Below, in pieces: positions 45,234-54,902 of a stretch of DNA of 64,000 bases (position 1 is the first letter of the stretch; every line of letters begins with the position of its first letter). The notes below the pieces were generated by a model. That model was not told where the DNA came from, did not search any database, and worked only from the letters and a program-made list of their open reading frames with translations. This DNA is from Betaproteobacteria bacterium RIFCSPLOWO2_12_FULL_62_58. Lineage in GTDB: Bacteria > Pseudomonadota > Gammaproteobacteria > Burkholderiales > SG8-41. A program made the translations under genes and the position numbers. The stretch covers positions 2,626 through 66,625 of the forward strand of contig MERI01000048.1 in assembly GCA_001772005.1 (NCBI GenBank). Direction: 5' to 3'.

Positions 45234-45674
45234 CTATAGAAGATCGGGTGCGATTACCGCGCGCAGGATGGTGTCGCGGCCGCGGCGCGCGAGCCACCAA
45301 ATCGCGCCCTTCTTGATGCTCCACTCCTGCGGCTTGCCGGTGAGCAGTAGCGCGGCCGTTTGTCCCAGCGTGGGCTGGTGTCCGACTACCACCACCGTGC
45401 TCTCGCCGTGCGGCCAGGCGGCAACCTTCAGAACCGCCTGCGAGTTGGCTCCGGTGCCGACCTCTTCGGTCACTTCGAATTTCCTGGTCAACGCCTGGGC
45501 AGTCTCGCGTGCGCGCCGTGCGGGACTCGCGAGGATTACCGCGTCTTTCGGCAGCCGCTCCTTGAGCCATGCCGCCATGCGCTCCGCCTGTTTAATGCCT
45601 TTCGCCGTAAGTCGGCGTTCGTCGTCAGGCATGCCGCTTTCCGCATCAGCATGCCGCCACAGAATGAGGTCCAT
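45234..45674 (-). CDS. sixA: phosphohistidine phosphatase SixA
   Basis: MDLILWRHADAE...LTAKG...VVVGHQP histidine-phosphatase motifs. Confidence 0.88.
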   Translation of the reverse strand: MDLILWRHADAESGMPDDERRLTAKGIKQAERMAAWLKERLPKDAVILASPARRARETAQALTRKFEVTEEVGTGANSQAVLKVAAWPHGESTVVVVGHQPTLGQTAALLLTGKPQEWSIKKGAIWWLARRGRDTILRAVIAPDLL

Positions 45675-45753
45675 AATGAGTGACTCGTGACTGGTACCCC
45701 TCAAGGGGGTATTGAAAAGAATGATTCGTGATCAGTGATTTGAAGCAAACGTC

Positions 45754-47289
45754 CTACCAGAACTTCTCGCTGGCGCGAAATGCTTTCCACGCGCCGCGCA
45801 ACTCGCGCCTGAGCGTCAACGCACGGCCGTGGCTCCAGCCGAGCACGAGGCCGCGTGCTTCAGACATCGCCTTGCCCGCCCGCGCCCCGAATGCATCGTG
45901 CACGAGGCGCTCGACCGTGGCCGCATCGTTCATGGCGCCTAGTATATTCTGCAACCGAGCCAAATGGGACACCATGTCGCGCGCGCGTTTCGCCGCGAAC
46001 AGGGTCACGAGGAAATCCATCGCGTAGCGCAGCTTCTTGACCGCGATGCGCAGCCGGTGCAGTTCGGCGGCGGATAATTGCCGCAACTTGCGTCCGCGTT
46101 TCCTGACCCGGGCATAGCGCCGCTCGAGCACGGCGGCGGCGAATTCCCCGGCGGGACTCCCCGGCGTCGCTGGTGATGGCTCGCCTGTTTCGCTGACCCA
46201 TCTTTCCGCGGCCAGCCAGGCGGCGAAACCCAGCACCAGGCGCTGATAACGCGCGGAAGCCACCGCGCGCCGTGCTTTGCGATCGGCGGCGCGCCGCAGC
46301 CGCACGCACTCACGCGCAAACTGCGCCAGCGCCGCATGATCCGCAAATGCTTCGCGGATCGGCGGCAGTGTCTCGGACACAAAGACATCCCAGTCACGCG
46401 CCGGGCCGAGGGCGCCGGCGAGCCATCTGAACTCGGCCAGCAGCGGTTCAGTCGTCGTTTCCGGCAACACCGCTGCAAACCCCCTGAAGGCGGACCTCAA
46501 CCGCCGCAGCGCGACGCGCATCTGGTGGAGATACTCGGGATCGCGCCCTTCCAGCATGCCGTGCTCGTTGGCCTGAAGATGATTAAGCGTCGTCCATGCA
46601 ATGGTCTTGAATGCATCGCTTACGGTCATGTCTGCGGCAAGCTCTGCAGTAACCGTTTTGGCGGGCGTCGGCCGCTCGCCGCGGAATAGTGCGTAGCCGC
46701 GTTCGGCCTTGGAGCGGTTCTCGATACGCAGTGGGGCCACCTCGAGCAGCTTCAGCGCGAACTCGTAGACCTGCCAGGCCGGTCCCGATTTCAGCTCAAG
46801 CTCGAGCTCGCACACCGGTTCGGCAGTATCGCCGCTCTTGATCTCGCCCCGGTCCACGCTCACCTCTACGTTTACCCCGGGACTGAGCTCGATCAAGCGG
46901 CTGCTGCGGCTGAACTCGGTGACGAACACCGGTTTCAACTGCGCGCGCAGCTCTCGCGAAGCGAAGATTTCGGTCAGCGTGCTATCGGCGATCCTGGCGC
47001 AGTCCGGATACGGTCCGGCGACCTCGGTCTCGATCTCGACCCTCTGGTGCAGCCCGGCTTGCACCGTGCCACCGCCCTTTACGGTTTGCAGCCAGCGTCC
47101 GCCGCTGCGCCGCACCCGCAGCGCGACGCCGTGTTGCCACAGATCAAGTTCGGGCGTATCGAAGTAAAGGCTATAAAGTTTCCTCACCACCGGGCGCAAG
47201 TGGCCCTTGAGCAGCGGGTGCGCCCTCACTCGGCGCGCAGCCTCGGGAGAGACCCGCAGCTTGAGTTCGGTTTCGGTGACGGGGTTCAC
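45754..47289 (-). CDS. ygiF: CYTH + CHAD domain protein (YgiF-like triphosphatase)
   Basis: ETELKL...YFDTP...ALRVR...CELELELKSG are CYTH tunnel motifs; helical Arg/His-rich CHAD C-terminal half. Confidence 0.8.
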   Translation of the reverse strand: MNPVTETELKLRVSPEAARRVRAHPLLKGHLRPVVRKLYSLYFDTPELDLWQHGVALRVRRSGGRWLQTVKGGGTVQAGLHQRVEIETEVAGPYPDCARIADSTLTEIFASRELRAQLKPVFVTEFSRSSRLIELSPGVNVEVSVDRGEIKSGDTAEPVCELELELKSGPAWQVYEFALKLLEVAPLRIENRSKAERGYALFRGERPTPAKTVTAELAADMTVSDAFKTIAWTTLNHLQANEHGMLEGRDPEYLHQMRVALRRLRSAFRGFAAVLPETTTEPLLAEFRWLAGALGPARDWDVFVSETLPPIREAFADHAALAQFARECVRLRRAADRKARRAVASARYQRLVLGFAAWLAAERWVSETGEPSPATPGSPAGEFAAAVLERRYARVRKRGRKLRQLSAAELHRLRIAVKKLRYAMDFLVTLFAAKRARDMVSHLARLQNILGAMNDAATVERLVHDAFGARAGKAMSEARGLVLGWSHGRALTLRRELRGAWKAFRASEKFW

Positions 47290-47366
47290 GATCAGACGTG
47301 ATCGGGCTTGAACGGTCTCATCTTAGCCGAATCCGCGCCTGCCAGAAAACCAGAAACGGCTTCCGG

Positions 47367-49445
47367 TCACGCCGGGCGTCTGAGCGCGAGCATGTCGAGC
47401 AAGATGTCCTGCGCGGCGAGCGGCTTGCCACGGCGTCCCGTTTTCAGCTGATAACGGCCATCCTGGTCCATTTCCCACGCCTGGGAATTGTCTTCGAGGT
47501 AGGGTTTCAGGCCCTCGTTGATGACCCGTTTCTTGAGCCCGGGATCGAGTACCGGAAAGCAGATCTCGATGCGGCGGAAGAAATTGCGGTCCATCCAATC
47601 CGCGCTCGAAAGGTACACATCTTCGGCGCCGTTGTTGTGGAAATAGAACACGCGGGAGTGTTCGAGAAAACGGCCGACGATCGAACGCACGCGGATGTTG
47701 TCCGAAACGCCGACAAGGCCCGGCCGCAGCGCACATACGCCGCGCACGATAAGATCGATCGCAACCCCGGCCTTGGACGCGTCGTAAAGCGCCGCGATCA
47801 CTTCGGGTTCGAGCAGTGCGTTCATCTTGGCGATGATCTGCGCCTTGTGGCCGGCCGCGGCGTGCTGCGCTTCGGTCTGGATCGCGCGCAGCACCTGTTT
47901 GTGCAGCGTGAAAGGCGATTGCCATAGGTGTTTCAGCCGGACCGCGCGCCCCAGCCCGGTCAGCTCGATGAACATGTCGTTGACATCGACGCCGATTTCC
48001 TCGTTGGAGGTAAAAAGGCCGAAGTCGGTGTAAAGCGTCGCCGTCCGCGGATGGTAGTTACCGGTCGCCAGGTGCACATAGCGCCGCAACCGCTCGTCCT
48101 CGCGCCTGACCACCATCGCCATCTTGGCGTGGGTCTTGTGGCCGACCACGCCGTAGACGACGTGCGCGCCGACCTCCTCCAGGCGCTGCGCCCAGTTGAT
48201 ATTGGCCTCCTCGTCAAAGCGCGCCAGCAGTTCCACCACCACGGTGATTTCCTTGCCGCTCTTCGCCGCCCCGATCAGGATTTCCATCAGCTCCGACTCC
48301 GCGCCGGTGCGGTAGACGGTCTGCTTGATCGCCACCACGTTGGGATCGCGCGCCGCCTGCTCGAGGAACGCAATCACCGGCCGGAACGACTGGAATGGAT
48401 GATAGAGCAGGATTTCGCCGTTACGCATGGCGCTGAACATGTCGCTCGACGGTTCAAGCTCCTTCGGCAATCCCGGTATGAAGCGCGGAAATTTGAGATC
48501 GGGCCGCTCGACCCAGTCCGGCACGTTCATGAGCCGCACCAGGTTGACAGGCCCGTTGACGCGGTAAAGATCATCCGGGCCGAGGTTGAATTGCGCCAGC
48601 AGAAAATCCGAGATCTGCTGCGGGCAGTTCGCCGCGACCTCCAGCCTGACCTCGTCGCCGAACTGGCGGTGCGGAAGCTCGCCGCGCAGCGCGGTGCGCA
48701 GGTCCGTGATTTCCTCCTCGTCGACGAAAAGCTCGCTGTTGCGCGTCACGCGAAACTGGTGGCAATCGACTACCTTCATGCCGGCGAAAAGCTCCCTGAC
48801 GTGCTCGTGCAGGATGGAAGACAGAAATACGAAATCGTAGTCGGCGGCGGCGATCTCGCGCGGCAGCCGGATCACCCGCGGCAGCACGCGCGGCGCCTGC
48901 ACGATGGCGAGCCCGGAGCTGCGTCCGAAGGCATCCTTGCCCTCAAGCTCAACGGCGAAATTGAGGCTCTTGTTGAGCACGCGCGGAAAAGGATGCGCCG
49001 GATCGAGCCCGATCGGCGTCAGCACCGGCATGACCTCGCGGAAGAAGTAGGCCTTGACCCACTCGGCCTGCGCCGGCGTAAAGTCGGAACGGCGCAGGAA
49101 GCGCACGCGTTCGCTGGCGAGACCGGGCAGGATTTCCTGGTCAAGGAGCTGATATTGGGCGGTGACGAGGTCGTGCGCCTCCTGCGCGACTCGCTTGAAC
49201 ACCTGGTCGGCGCGCATGCGGTCCGGGCCGATCGGCGGCGATCCGGCCTCGATCTCGGCCTTGAGGCCCGCGACCCGGATCTCGAAGAACTCGTCGAGGT
49301 TGCTGCTGACGATGCAGAGAAACTTGAGCCGCTCGAACAGCGGGTGGCCGCGGTTCTCCGCCTGCGCCAGCACCCGCCGGTTGAAGGCGAGCTGACCCCA
49401 CTCGCGGTTGAGGTACAGTTCCGGGGCAAGACGCGTCTTGCTCAT
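47367..49445 (-). CDS. ppk1: polyphosphate kinase 1
   Basis: 692 aa; YLNREWGQLAFNRRVL..., HAKMAMV autophosphorylation His region, two PLD-like C domains. Confidence 0.95.
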   Translation of the reverse strand: MSKTRLAPELYLNREWGQLAFNRRVLAQAENRGHPLFERLKFLCIVSSNLDEFFEIRVAGLKAEIEAGSPPIGPDRMRADQVFKRVAQEAHDLVTAQYQLLDQEILPGLASERVRFLRRSDFTPAQAEWVKAYFFREVMPVLTPIGLDPAHPFPRVLNKSLNFAVELEGKDAFGRSSGLAIVQAPRVLPRVIRLPREIAAADYDFVFLSSILHEHVRELFAGMKVVDCHQFRVTRNSELFVDEEEITDLRTALRGELPHRQFGDEVRLEVAANCPQQISDFLLAQFNLGPDDLYRVNGPVNLVRLMNVPDWVERPDLKFPRFIPGLPKELEPSSDMFSAMRNGEILLYHPFQSFRPVIAFLEQAARDPNVVAIKQTVYRTGAESELMEILIGAAKSGKEITVVVELLARFDEEANINWAQRLEEVGAHVVYGVVGHKTHAKMAMVVRREDERLRRYVHLATGNYHPRTATLYTDFGLFTSNEEIGVDVNDMFIELTGLGRAVRLKHLWQSPFTLHKQVLRAIQTEAQHAAAGHKAQIIAKMNALLEPEVIAALYDASKAGVAIDLIVRGVCALRPGLVGVSDNIRVRSIVGRFLEHSRVFYFHNNGAEDVYLSSADWMDRNFFRRIEICFPVLDPGLKKRVINEGLKPYLEDNSQAWEMDQDGRYQLKTGRRGKPLAAQDILLDMLALRRPA

Positions 49446-49493
49446 GGTCGGCCTGTTTCCGCCGGACCGCTTGCCGAGTACCGGGCCGGGCGC

Positions 49494-49769
49494 TTACCTG
49501 GATGAGGGCGGCACGTAGCCGGCCGCAACATCGGCGCCATCGCCGAAGAAGTACTTATCCATCTGCTGCGCGAGGTAGTCGCGCGCCTTCTTGTCGGCGA
49601 GGTTGAGCCGGTTTTCGTTGACCAGCATTTTCTGGTGCTCAAGCCACTGTTTCCACGCTTCTTTCGACACGTTCTCGAAAATGCGTTTGCCGAGTTCCCC
49701 GGGGTAGGGCGGAAAATCCAGGCCCTCGGCGTCGCGCCCGAGCTTCACGCAGGTCACCATTCTTGCCAT
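49494..49769 (-). CDS. yggX: oxidative-damage protection protein (Fe2+-trafficking, YggX family)
   Basis: [52 protein letters not shown]. Confidence 0.93.
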   Translation of the reverse strand: MARMVTCVKLGRDAEGLDFPPYPGELGKRIFENVSKEAWKQWLEHQKMLVNENRLNLADKKARDYLAQQMDKYFFGDGADVAAGYVPPSSR

Positions 49770-49826
49770 GTCCAGTGCTCCAGATTAACGGTCGAGTGTT
49801 ACAGGATTGTTTCAAGCTACCATCGG

Positions 49827-50028
49827 CCTAGGAGTTTGTCGGACTTAGCCCCGACAAACTCCTAATGCAAAACCGGCGCTGGGAGACTTGCAGAAGAGGA
49901 TAACAGATATGCGAATTCACCCGCGCTTTGCCTCAAATTCGACCGCTTCGGCTGGGTTTATTATGAATTGTCAGCCGGTTTTGCTTTTAGCAGCCTGTAC
50001 GGATTGTTAAGTCCGACAGGCTGCTGGG
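49827..50028 (+). mobile_element. REPIN/MITE-like element, copy 3
   Basis: Same end hairpins and internal gcaaaaccggcg...cagccggttttgc stem as copy 2. Sits between yggX and the stop of the GGDEF-EAL gene. Confidence 0.8.
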
Positions 50029-50034
50029 TCACCA

Positions 50035-52896
50035 TCAAGTGGAGCGGAATTCCAGGCTGGCGCACACCCTTGTGGCTGTCGCCAGCAGCGGGTGATCGAT
50101 GCGCGGCTTCTCGAAGAAATAGCCCTGGACGCAGTCCACGCCGAATTCCCTGAGCATGTCCAGCGTCTCCTCGTCCTCGACGCACTCGGCGATGGTCGTC
50201 TTGTGCAGCCCGCGCGCCACCGACAGGATCGCCTTCACGAACAACTGGTTGTCGTAGTCATTCGGCAGGTTACGGATGAACAGCCCGTCGATCTTCACCG
50301 AATCGACCTGCAGGTACTTGAGATAGGCGAAGGAAGAAAAACCGGTGCCAAAGTCATCGAGCGAAACGCCGCAACCGGTCTGGCGCAGCGCCTCGATGAA
50401 GCGCTGCGCGTCATGCAGGTCCGATACCGCCGAGGTTTCAGTGAGTTCCACCAGCAGTCGCCGCGGCAGCACGTCGTAGTGCCTGAGCTGCTCCGCGATA
50501 TATTGCGGCAGCCGCGGTTCGCCGAACGAGCGTCCCGAGATATTGACCGCGAGCGCCGGGATCGACTTGACCTCGGAGAGCATCTGGATGGCCTCACGCA
50601 GCACCCAGCGGTCGATGTCGAGGATCTTGCCCGACTTTTCGGCCTGCGGAATAAACTGCCCGGGCATCAGAAATGTGCCCGGATCGTCCTTGTCGCGCAT
50701 GCGCACCAGCACCTCGAAATGCGACAGCGACCGGTCGGCGGTCGAATAAATGCCCTGGAACTGCAGGTCCATCAGGTCGTTTTCGAGCGCGTGCAGGATG
50801 CGGTCGTTCCACGACATCCGCCTGACCATCTGCTGTGAGGTGTCGAGGTCGCTGCGGTAAATACGCCAGGCGTTCTTGCCCGATTCCTTCGCCTGGTACA
50901 TCGCGGTGTCGGCGCGCGAGATCAAATCCTCGACGTTGTCGGCATGATCCGGAAATGCCGCGATGCCGAGGCTCGTAGTGAGCCGCAGGCCCTGCCCCTC
51001 GAACTGGAAGCGCACCAGGGCGATCGAGCGCGTGACGCGCTCCGCGAGCACGCGCAGCATCTCGTCGGAAATGTCCGGCACCAGGATCGCGAATTCGTCG
51101 CCGCCCAGCCGGGCGAAGATTTCGTTGCGCCGCACCTGGCCCCCGACCTCGCCCGCCACCCGGATCAGCATCGCGTCGCCGGCACGGTGCCCGAAGGTAT
51201 CGTTGATGTACTTGAAGTCGTCGAGATCGAAAAAGAACAGCGCCACGCGTGTGCCGTGCCGTTCGGCATCCGCGATCATCCGCCCCAGTTCCTCGTTGAA
51301 GCGGTGGCGGTTGTAAAGCCCGGTCAGCGCGTCGCGCTCGGCGAGGTAGATGAGCTGGGCCGCGGTCTGGCGCTCGAGCGTGACGTCCTCGAACAGCCAC
51401 AAGTGGCCCACCGGCCGGCCGTAAACGTCCTCGACCGCATGCGCCTGTTGCGTGATGAGCCGCCCGTCGGACAGTTGAATCTCGAACACGCCGAAAATCT
51501 CGCCCGGACCGGGGAGCTGCAGGATGTAGCGCGACTGCTCGTCCGGGCGCGCCAGCGCGCAGGTCGAGGTCGCCAGCATTTCCTGCGGTGTCTTGTCGAT
51601 CAGCCGCGTGCCCGGCGCGATCATCCAGACGCGCGTGAAAGCCGGATTGGCGTACACCACTCTGTTGTCGGAGCTCACGAACAGGATGCCGATGTCCATC
51701 GCAGCGAGCAAGGCGACCAGCCGCGCGTGCTCGTTATGTGCGCGTGTCAGGTACTCCTGCTGCACTGCCTGCGCCTCGCGCAATTCGGCCACCGTCGCCT
51801 CCAGCCGCTGCTCGGCCTGCTTGCGCTGGGTGATGTCGCGGATACTGAAGCGGATGCCGAGGTAGCCGCCGCGCGTGTCATAGATCGGCCGCCAGTCGGC
51901 CGCCGCCCAGAATTCGGAGCCGTCCTTGCGCCGCGCGCGGAATTCGTAGTCCTGGCCGCTGTTGCCCCGCAACGCGCGCGGGATCTGGCGCACGGTGCGC
52001 GCGACGTCGGTCTCGCTGATGAACGGCGCGGGGAAGTTCCCGATGGCCAGACACTCCTCGGGCGTATAGCCGAACATGTCGAGCACGCGCGGGTTGATCC
52101 AGATCAGCTTTCCCTCCGGGTTAAGCCACAGTTCGCAGTCGTAGCTGTAATCGGCGATGGCGCTGAACTTGGCTTCGCTCTCGACCAGCGCCTTCAGGCG
52201 CCCCTGCAGCGCCGCCGCCATCGTGTTGAATGCGTGCGTGAGCCTGCCGACCTCGTCCCCACCCGCGACCGGCAGGCGCACGTTGAGATCGCCGCCCGCG
52301 AGGCTGGCGCTGGCGTGGGTGAGCTGAGTGAGGCTGCGCGTGAGCCAGTAACTCAGACCGATCATGGAGACGATCGACAGAATCAGGGCGATGCCGCCGA
52401 TCAGCAGGTTGTCGCGGATCAGTTCCGCGCGCGCCGTCCGCATGAAGTCGGTCGACAGCCCGAAGCGCAGCCTGCCGTATTCCCGGTCCCCGCTCCCTAC
52501 TTCGAGCTCGGTGTCGAAGCGGCCCTTGCCCAAGCTGCCCGCGTCGCGCAGCGAACGGTCGAGCGGCGGCAGCGATGCTGTGCGCTCCCAGCCGCTGGCA
52601 GCGACGATCTTGCCGTCGCGGTCGAACAACACCAGATACGTGATGCCGTTGTCGCGGCGAACGCGCTCGAACACCTCTTGCAGCATCGCATGGTTTCGCT
52701 GCGCGAGCGGCGTCGCGAGCGCGGCGTTCAGCAACTGCTTCTGTTCTTCAAGATAGACGCGCGTGCGCTCGGTCAGCTGCTCGTTCATCACGCTGATGCC
52801 GTTCACGATCAGCAGCGCGAGCATCACGATCTGCACCAGCACGCTCGCCAGCAGCAGCCGCGTGCGCAACGACAGTGACAACGACGCGGTCTTCAT
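50035..52896 (-). CDS. membrane sensor diguanylate cyclase/phosphodiesterase (HAMP-PAS-PAS-GGDEF-EAL)
   Basis: RLGGDEFAIL (GGDEF); EVLVRM...ELTE...DDFGTG (EAL). Two TM segments flank a periplasmic domain. Confidence 0.92.
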   Translation of the reverse strand: MKTASLSLSLRTRLLLASVLVQIVMLALLIVNGISVMNEQLTERTRVYLEEQKQLLNAALATPLAQRNHAMLQEVFERVRRDNGITYLVLFDRDGKIVAASGWERTASLPPLDRSLRDAGSLGKGRFDTELEVGSGDREYGRLRFGLSTDFMRTARAELIRDNLLIGGIALILSIVSMIGLSYWLTRSLTQLTHASASLAGGDLNVRLPVAGGDEVGRLTHAFNTMAAALQGRLKALVESEAKFSAIADYSYDCELWLNPEGKLIWINPRVLDMFGYTPEECLAIGNFPAPFISETDVARTVRQIPRALRGNSGQDYEFRARRKDGSEFWAAADWRPIYDTRGGYLGIRFSIRDITQRKQAEQRLEATVAELREAQAVQQEYLTRAHNEHARLVALLAAMDIGILFVSSDNRVVYANPAFTRVWMIAPGTRLIDKTPQEMLATSTCALARPDEQSRYILQLPGPGEIFGVFEIQLSDGRLITQQAHAVEDVYGRPVGHLWLFEDVTLERQTAAQLIYLAERDALTGLYNRHRFNEELGRMIADAERHGTRVALFFFDLDDFKYINDTFGHRAGDAMLIRVAGEVGGQVRRNEIFARLGGDEFAILVPDISDEMLRVLAERVTRSIALVRFQFEGQGLRLTTSLGIAAFPDHADNVEDLISRADTAMYQAKESGKNAWRIYRSDLDTSQQMVRRMSWNDRILHALENDLMDLQFQGIYSTADRSLSHFEVLVRMRDKDDPGTFLMPGQFIPQAEKSGKILDIDRWVLREAIQMLSEVKSIPALAVNISGRSFGEPRLPQYIAEQLRHYDVLPRRLLVELTETSAVSDLHDAQRFIEALRQTGCGVSLDDFGTGFSSFAYLKYLQVDSVKIDGLFIRNLPNDYDNQLFVKAILSVARGLHKTTIAECVEDEETLDMLREFGVDCVQGYFFEKPRIDHPLLATATRVCASLEFRST

Positions 52897-52943
52897 GCGG
52901 GCTGGAAATTTTTGGGCGGCAAGGAGCGCGCGCGGAGGATGGA

Positions 52944-54263
52944 TTACAGGCGCTTGGTCAACACCACCGAGCGGCGCCGATAATTATACAGCGCCCGCTT
53001 TTGCCGCGGCAGCACGCCGACATTTTCCTCGGTGAAACCGCGCTCGACAAACCAGTGCTCGGCGCGCGTGGTGAGCACGAACAACTTCTTGAACTTCAAC
53101 CGGCGCGCCCGCGCTTCGATCTCTCGCAACAGCCGCTCGCCCGCGCCCTGGTTGCGGAAGTCGGGATGCACCGCGAGGCAAGCGAGTTCGCCCGCCCGTT
53201 CGTCGGGAAAAGGATAAAGCGCCGCACAGGCGATCACGATGCCGTCATGGTCGAGGACGACAAAGCGATTCATTTCGCGCTCGAGCAGGCCGCGGTCGCG
53301 CTTGACCAGCGTGCCGTCTGCTTCGAGCGGCTCGATCAGCCGCAGGATGCCGCCGATATCGTCGGGCCGCGCCGGGCGCAGGGTTTCGAGCGGGTCCGGC
53401 GTAAGCAGCGTGCCCACGCCCCGGTGGGTGAACAATTCCAGCAACAGCGCGTCGTCGAGGTGTCCCGAGATGAGGTGCGCGCGCTTGACTCCCTGCTGGC
53501 AGGCGCGCACCGCCCACGGGAGATAAAACGGCACATCACTGTCGGAAGAATCTCTGCGCGAGAGCAGCGCCTGTGCCTGCTTCACGGTGAGCTCGCGCAG
53601 CAGCTCGCCGCGCCGGCCGATAACCCCCGCGGTATCCATCAGAAAGATCAGTTTGTCGGCCTTGAGCGCGATGGCGGTCGACGCCGCGACATCCTCCAAT
53701 GTCAGATTGAACACCTCCCCGCTCGGCGAATACCCCAATGGCGAGAGCAGCACCAGATCACCGTCCTGCAGCCGCCTCTGGATCGCCACCGTGTCGACCT
53801 TGCGCACTTCGCCGGTGTGCATGTAATCGACACCGTCCAGCACGCCGATTGGCTTGGCGGTGATGAAATTGCCGCTTGCGACGCGAATGTCGGCGCCGGC
53901 CATCGGTGAATTGGGCAGCCCCATCGACAGCAGCGCTTCAATCTCCACGCGCAGCCTGCCGCTCGCCTCCATCGCGCAAGCGAGCGCGACGTCATCGGTG
54001 ATGCGCAGTCCATGGTGAAAACGGCTGCGACGGCGTTGCGCCTTGAGCTTGGCCTCGATCTGGGGGCGGGCCCCGTGCACCAGGACCAGCCGCACTCCCA
54101 GCGACGCCAGCAAATTGAGATCGACTGTGAGATCGACAAAGCGGCCGTCGGTCACCAGATCGCCACCGAACGCGATGACGAAGGTCCTGCCGCGGAACGC
54201 ATGAATATATGGCGCCACCGACTGGAACCAGTCGATGAAACGGTCCTGGGCCGACAGCCGCAT
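52944..54263 (-). CDS. argA: amino-acid N-acetyltransferase
   Basis: FIDWFQSVAPYIHAFRGRTFVIAFGG parallels E. coli ArgA FRHSVPYINTHRGKTFVIMLGG. C-terminal GNAT domain. Start could alternatively be 54380. Confidence 0.9.
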   Translation of the reverse strand: MRLSAQDRFIDWFQSVAPYIHAFRGRTFVIAFGGDLVTDGRFVDLTVDLNLLASLGVRLVLVHGARPQIEAKLKAQRRRSRFHHGLRITDDVALACAMEASGRLRVEIEALLSMGLPNSPMAGADIRVASGNFITAKPIGVLDGVDYMHTGEVRKVDTVAIQRRLQDGDLVLLSPLGYSPSGEVFNLTLEDVAASTAIALKADKLIFLMDTAGVIGRRGELLRELTVKQAQALLSRRDSSDSDVPFYLPWAVRACQQGVKRAHLISGHLDDALLLELFTHRGVGTLLTPDPLETLRPARPDDIGGILRLIEPLEADGTLVKRDRGLLEREMNRFVVLDHDGIVIACAALYPFPDERAGELACLAVHPDFRNQGAGERLLREIEARARRLKFKKLFVLTTRAEHWFVERGFTEENVGVLPRQKRALYNYRRRSVVLTKRL

Positions 54264-54400
54264 GCGGCGCACGGGCGCCTGCCCCGCCTTACCGCTATCC
54301 GGCGCCACGCCATTGAGGTCTTTGCTTGAGGAAATCGCTCTTCTCCCTGCGCGCGATCCGATCGCGACAGTGGCATACATTCCGCCGCGATTTCCAGCAC

Positions 54401-54756
54401 ATGTTATGCGAGAACCCGCTCAAGGGAAAGATCGTCGTGGCTTTCGTGTCTTTAACCACACTCTCTGCGGCGCTACCGGCGAATAGCGCGGAGCAGTTGG
54501 GGCCGGATCCGGAGCGTCCCCCAAGGGAGCAGAACCGTCGCAGGCAATCGAACAGGGCCGCCGCATCGGCGCCAAGACACAGCGCGAGCACGAATACGTT
54601 GGCGAGGCCTACCTCATGGTGGGCGATCTCGCGAGCGCGCAGAAGCACCTCGAAGAGCTGCGCAAGATCTGCCTGCTGCCATGCGAGGAATTCGGCGATC
54701 TGGAACGTGAGATCGCGGAATACCGCATGAAGTCGGGCGCGCGTGGTTTTCGTTGA
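54401..54756 (+). pseudogene. small exported protein, frame-disrupted
   Basis: Signal-like N-terminus (IVVAFVSLTTLSAALPANSAEQ) in one frame. The conserved-looking C-terminus (EYVGEAYLMVGDLASAQKHLEELRKICLLPCEEFGDLEREIAEY) is in another frame, with no start of its own after the stop at 54484. Confidence 0.45.
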
Positions 54757-54816
54757 ACCGCCTTCGATGATCGGTGCATCCAATTGATCGCCGCAGGCCG
54801 CGCCGGCGGTTTGGTT

Positions 54817-54849
54817 GATCCAAATCAAACTTGTCGATCCAGATCAAAC
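54817..54849 (+). promoter_or_regulatory. Direct repeat GATCCARATCAAAC x2 (19-bp period) upstream of the metal-efflux cluster
   Basis: gatccaaatcaaac (54817-54830) and gatccagatcaaac (54836-54849). Possible -35/-10 TTTGCG-18 nt-TATCAT downstream. Confidence 0.35.
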
Positions 54850-54902
54850 CACCCGCTCGGGGCATTTGCGCCACCCTGTCATCGGGCGTATCATGCCGTC
54901 CC

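Noticed and set aside
50944-52878. Plus-strand 644-aa ORF
   Set aside because: It is antisense to the GGDEF-EAL sensor gene, and its translation is Arg/Ala/Gln-rich without domains.
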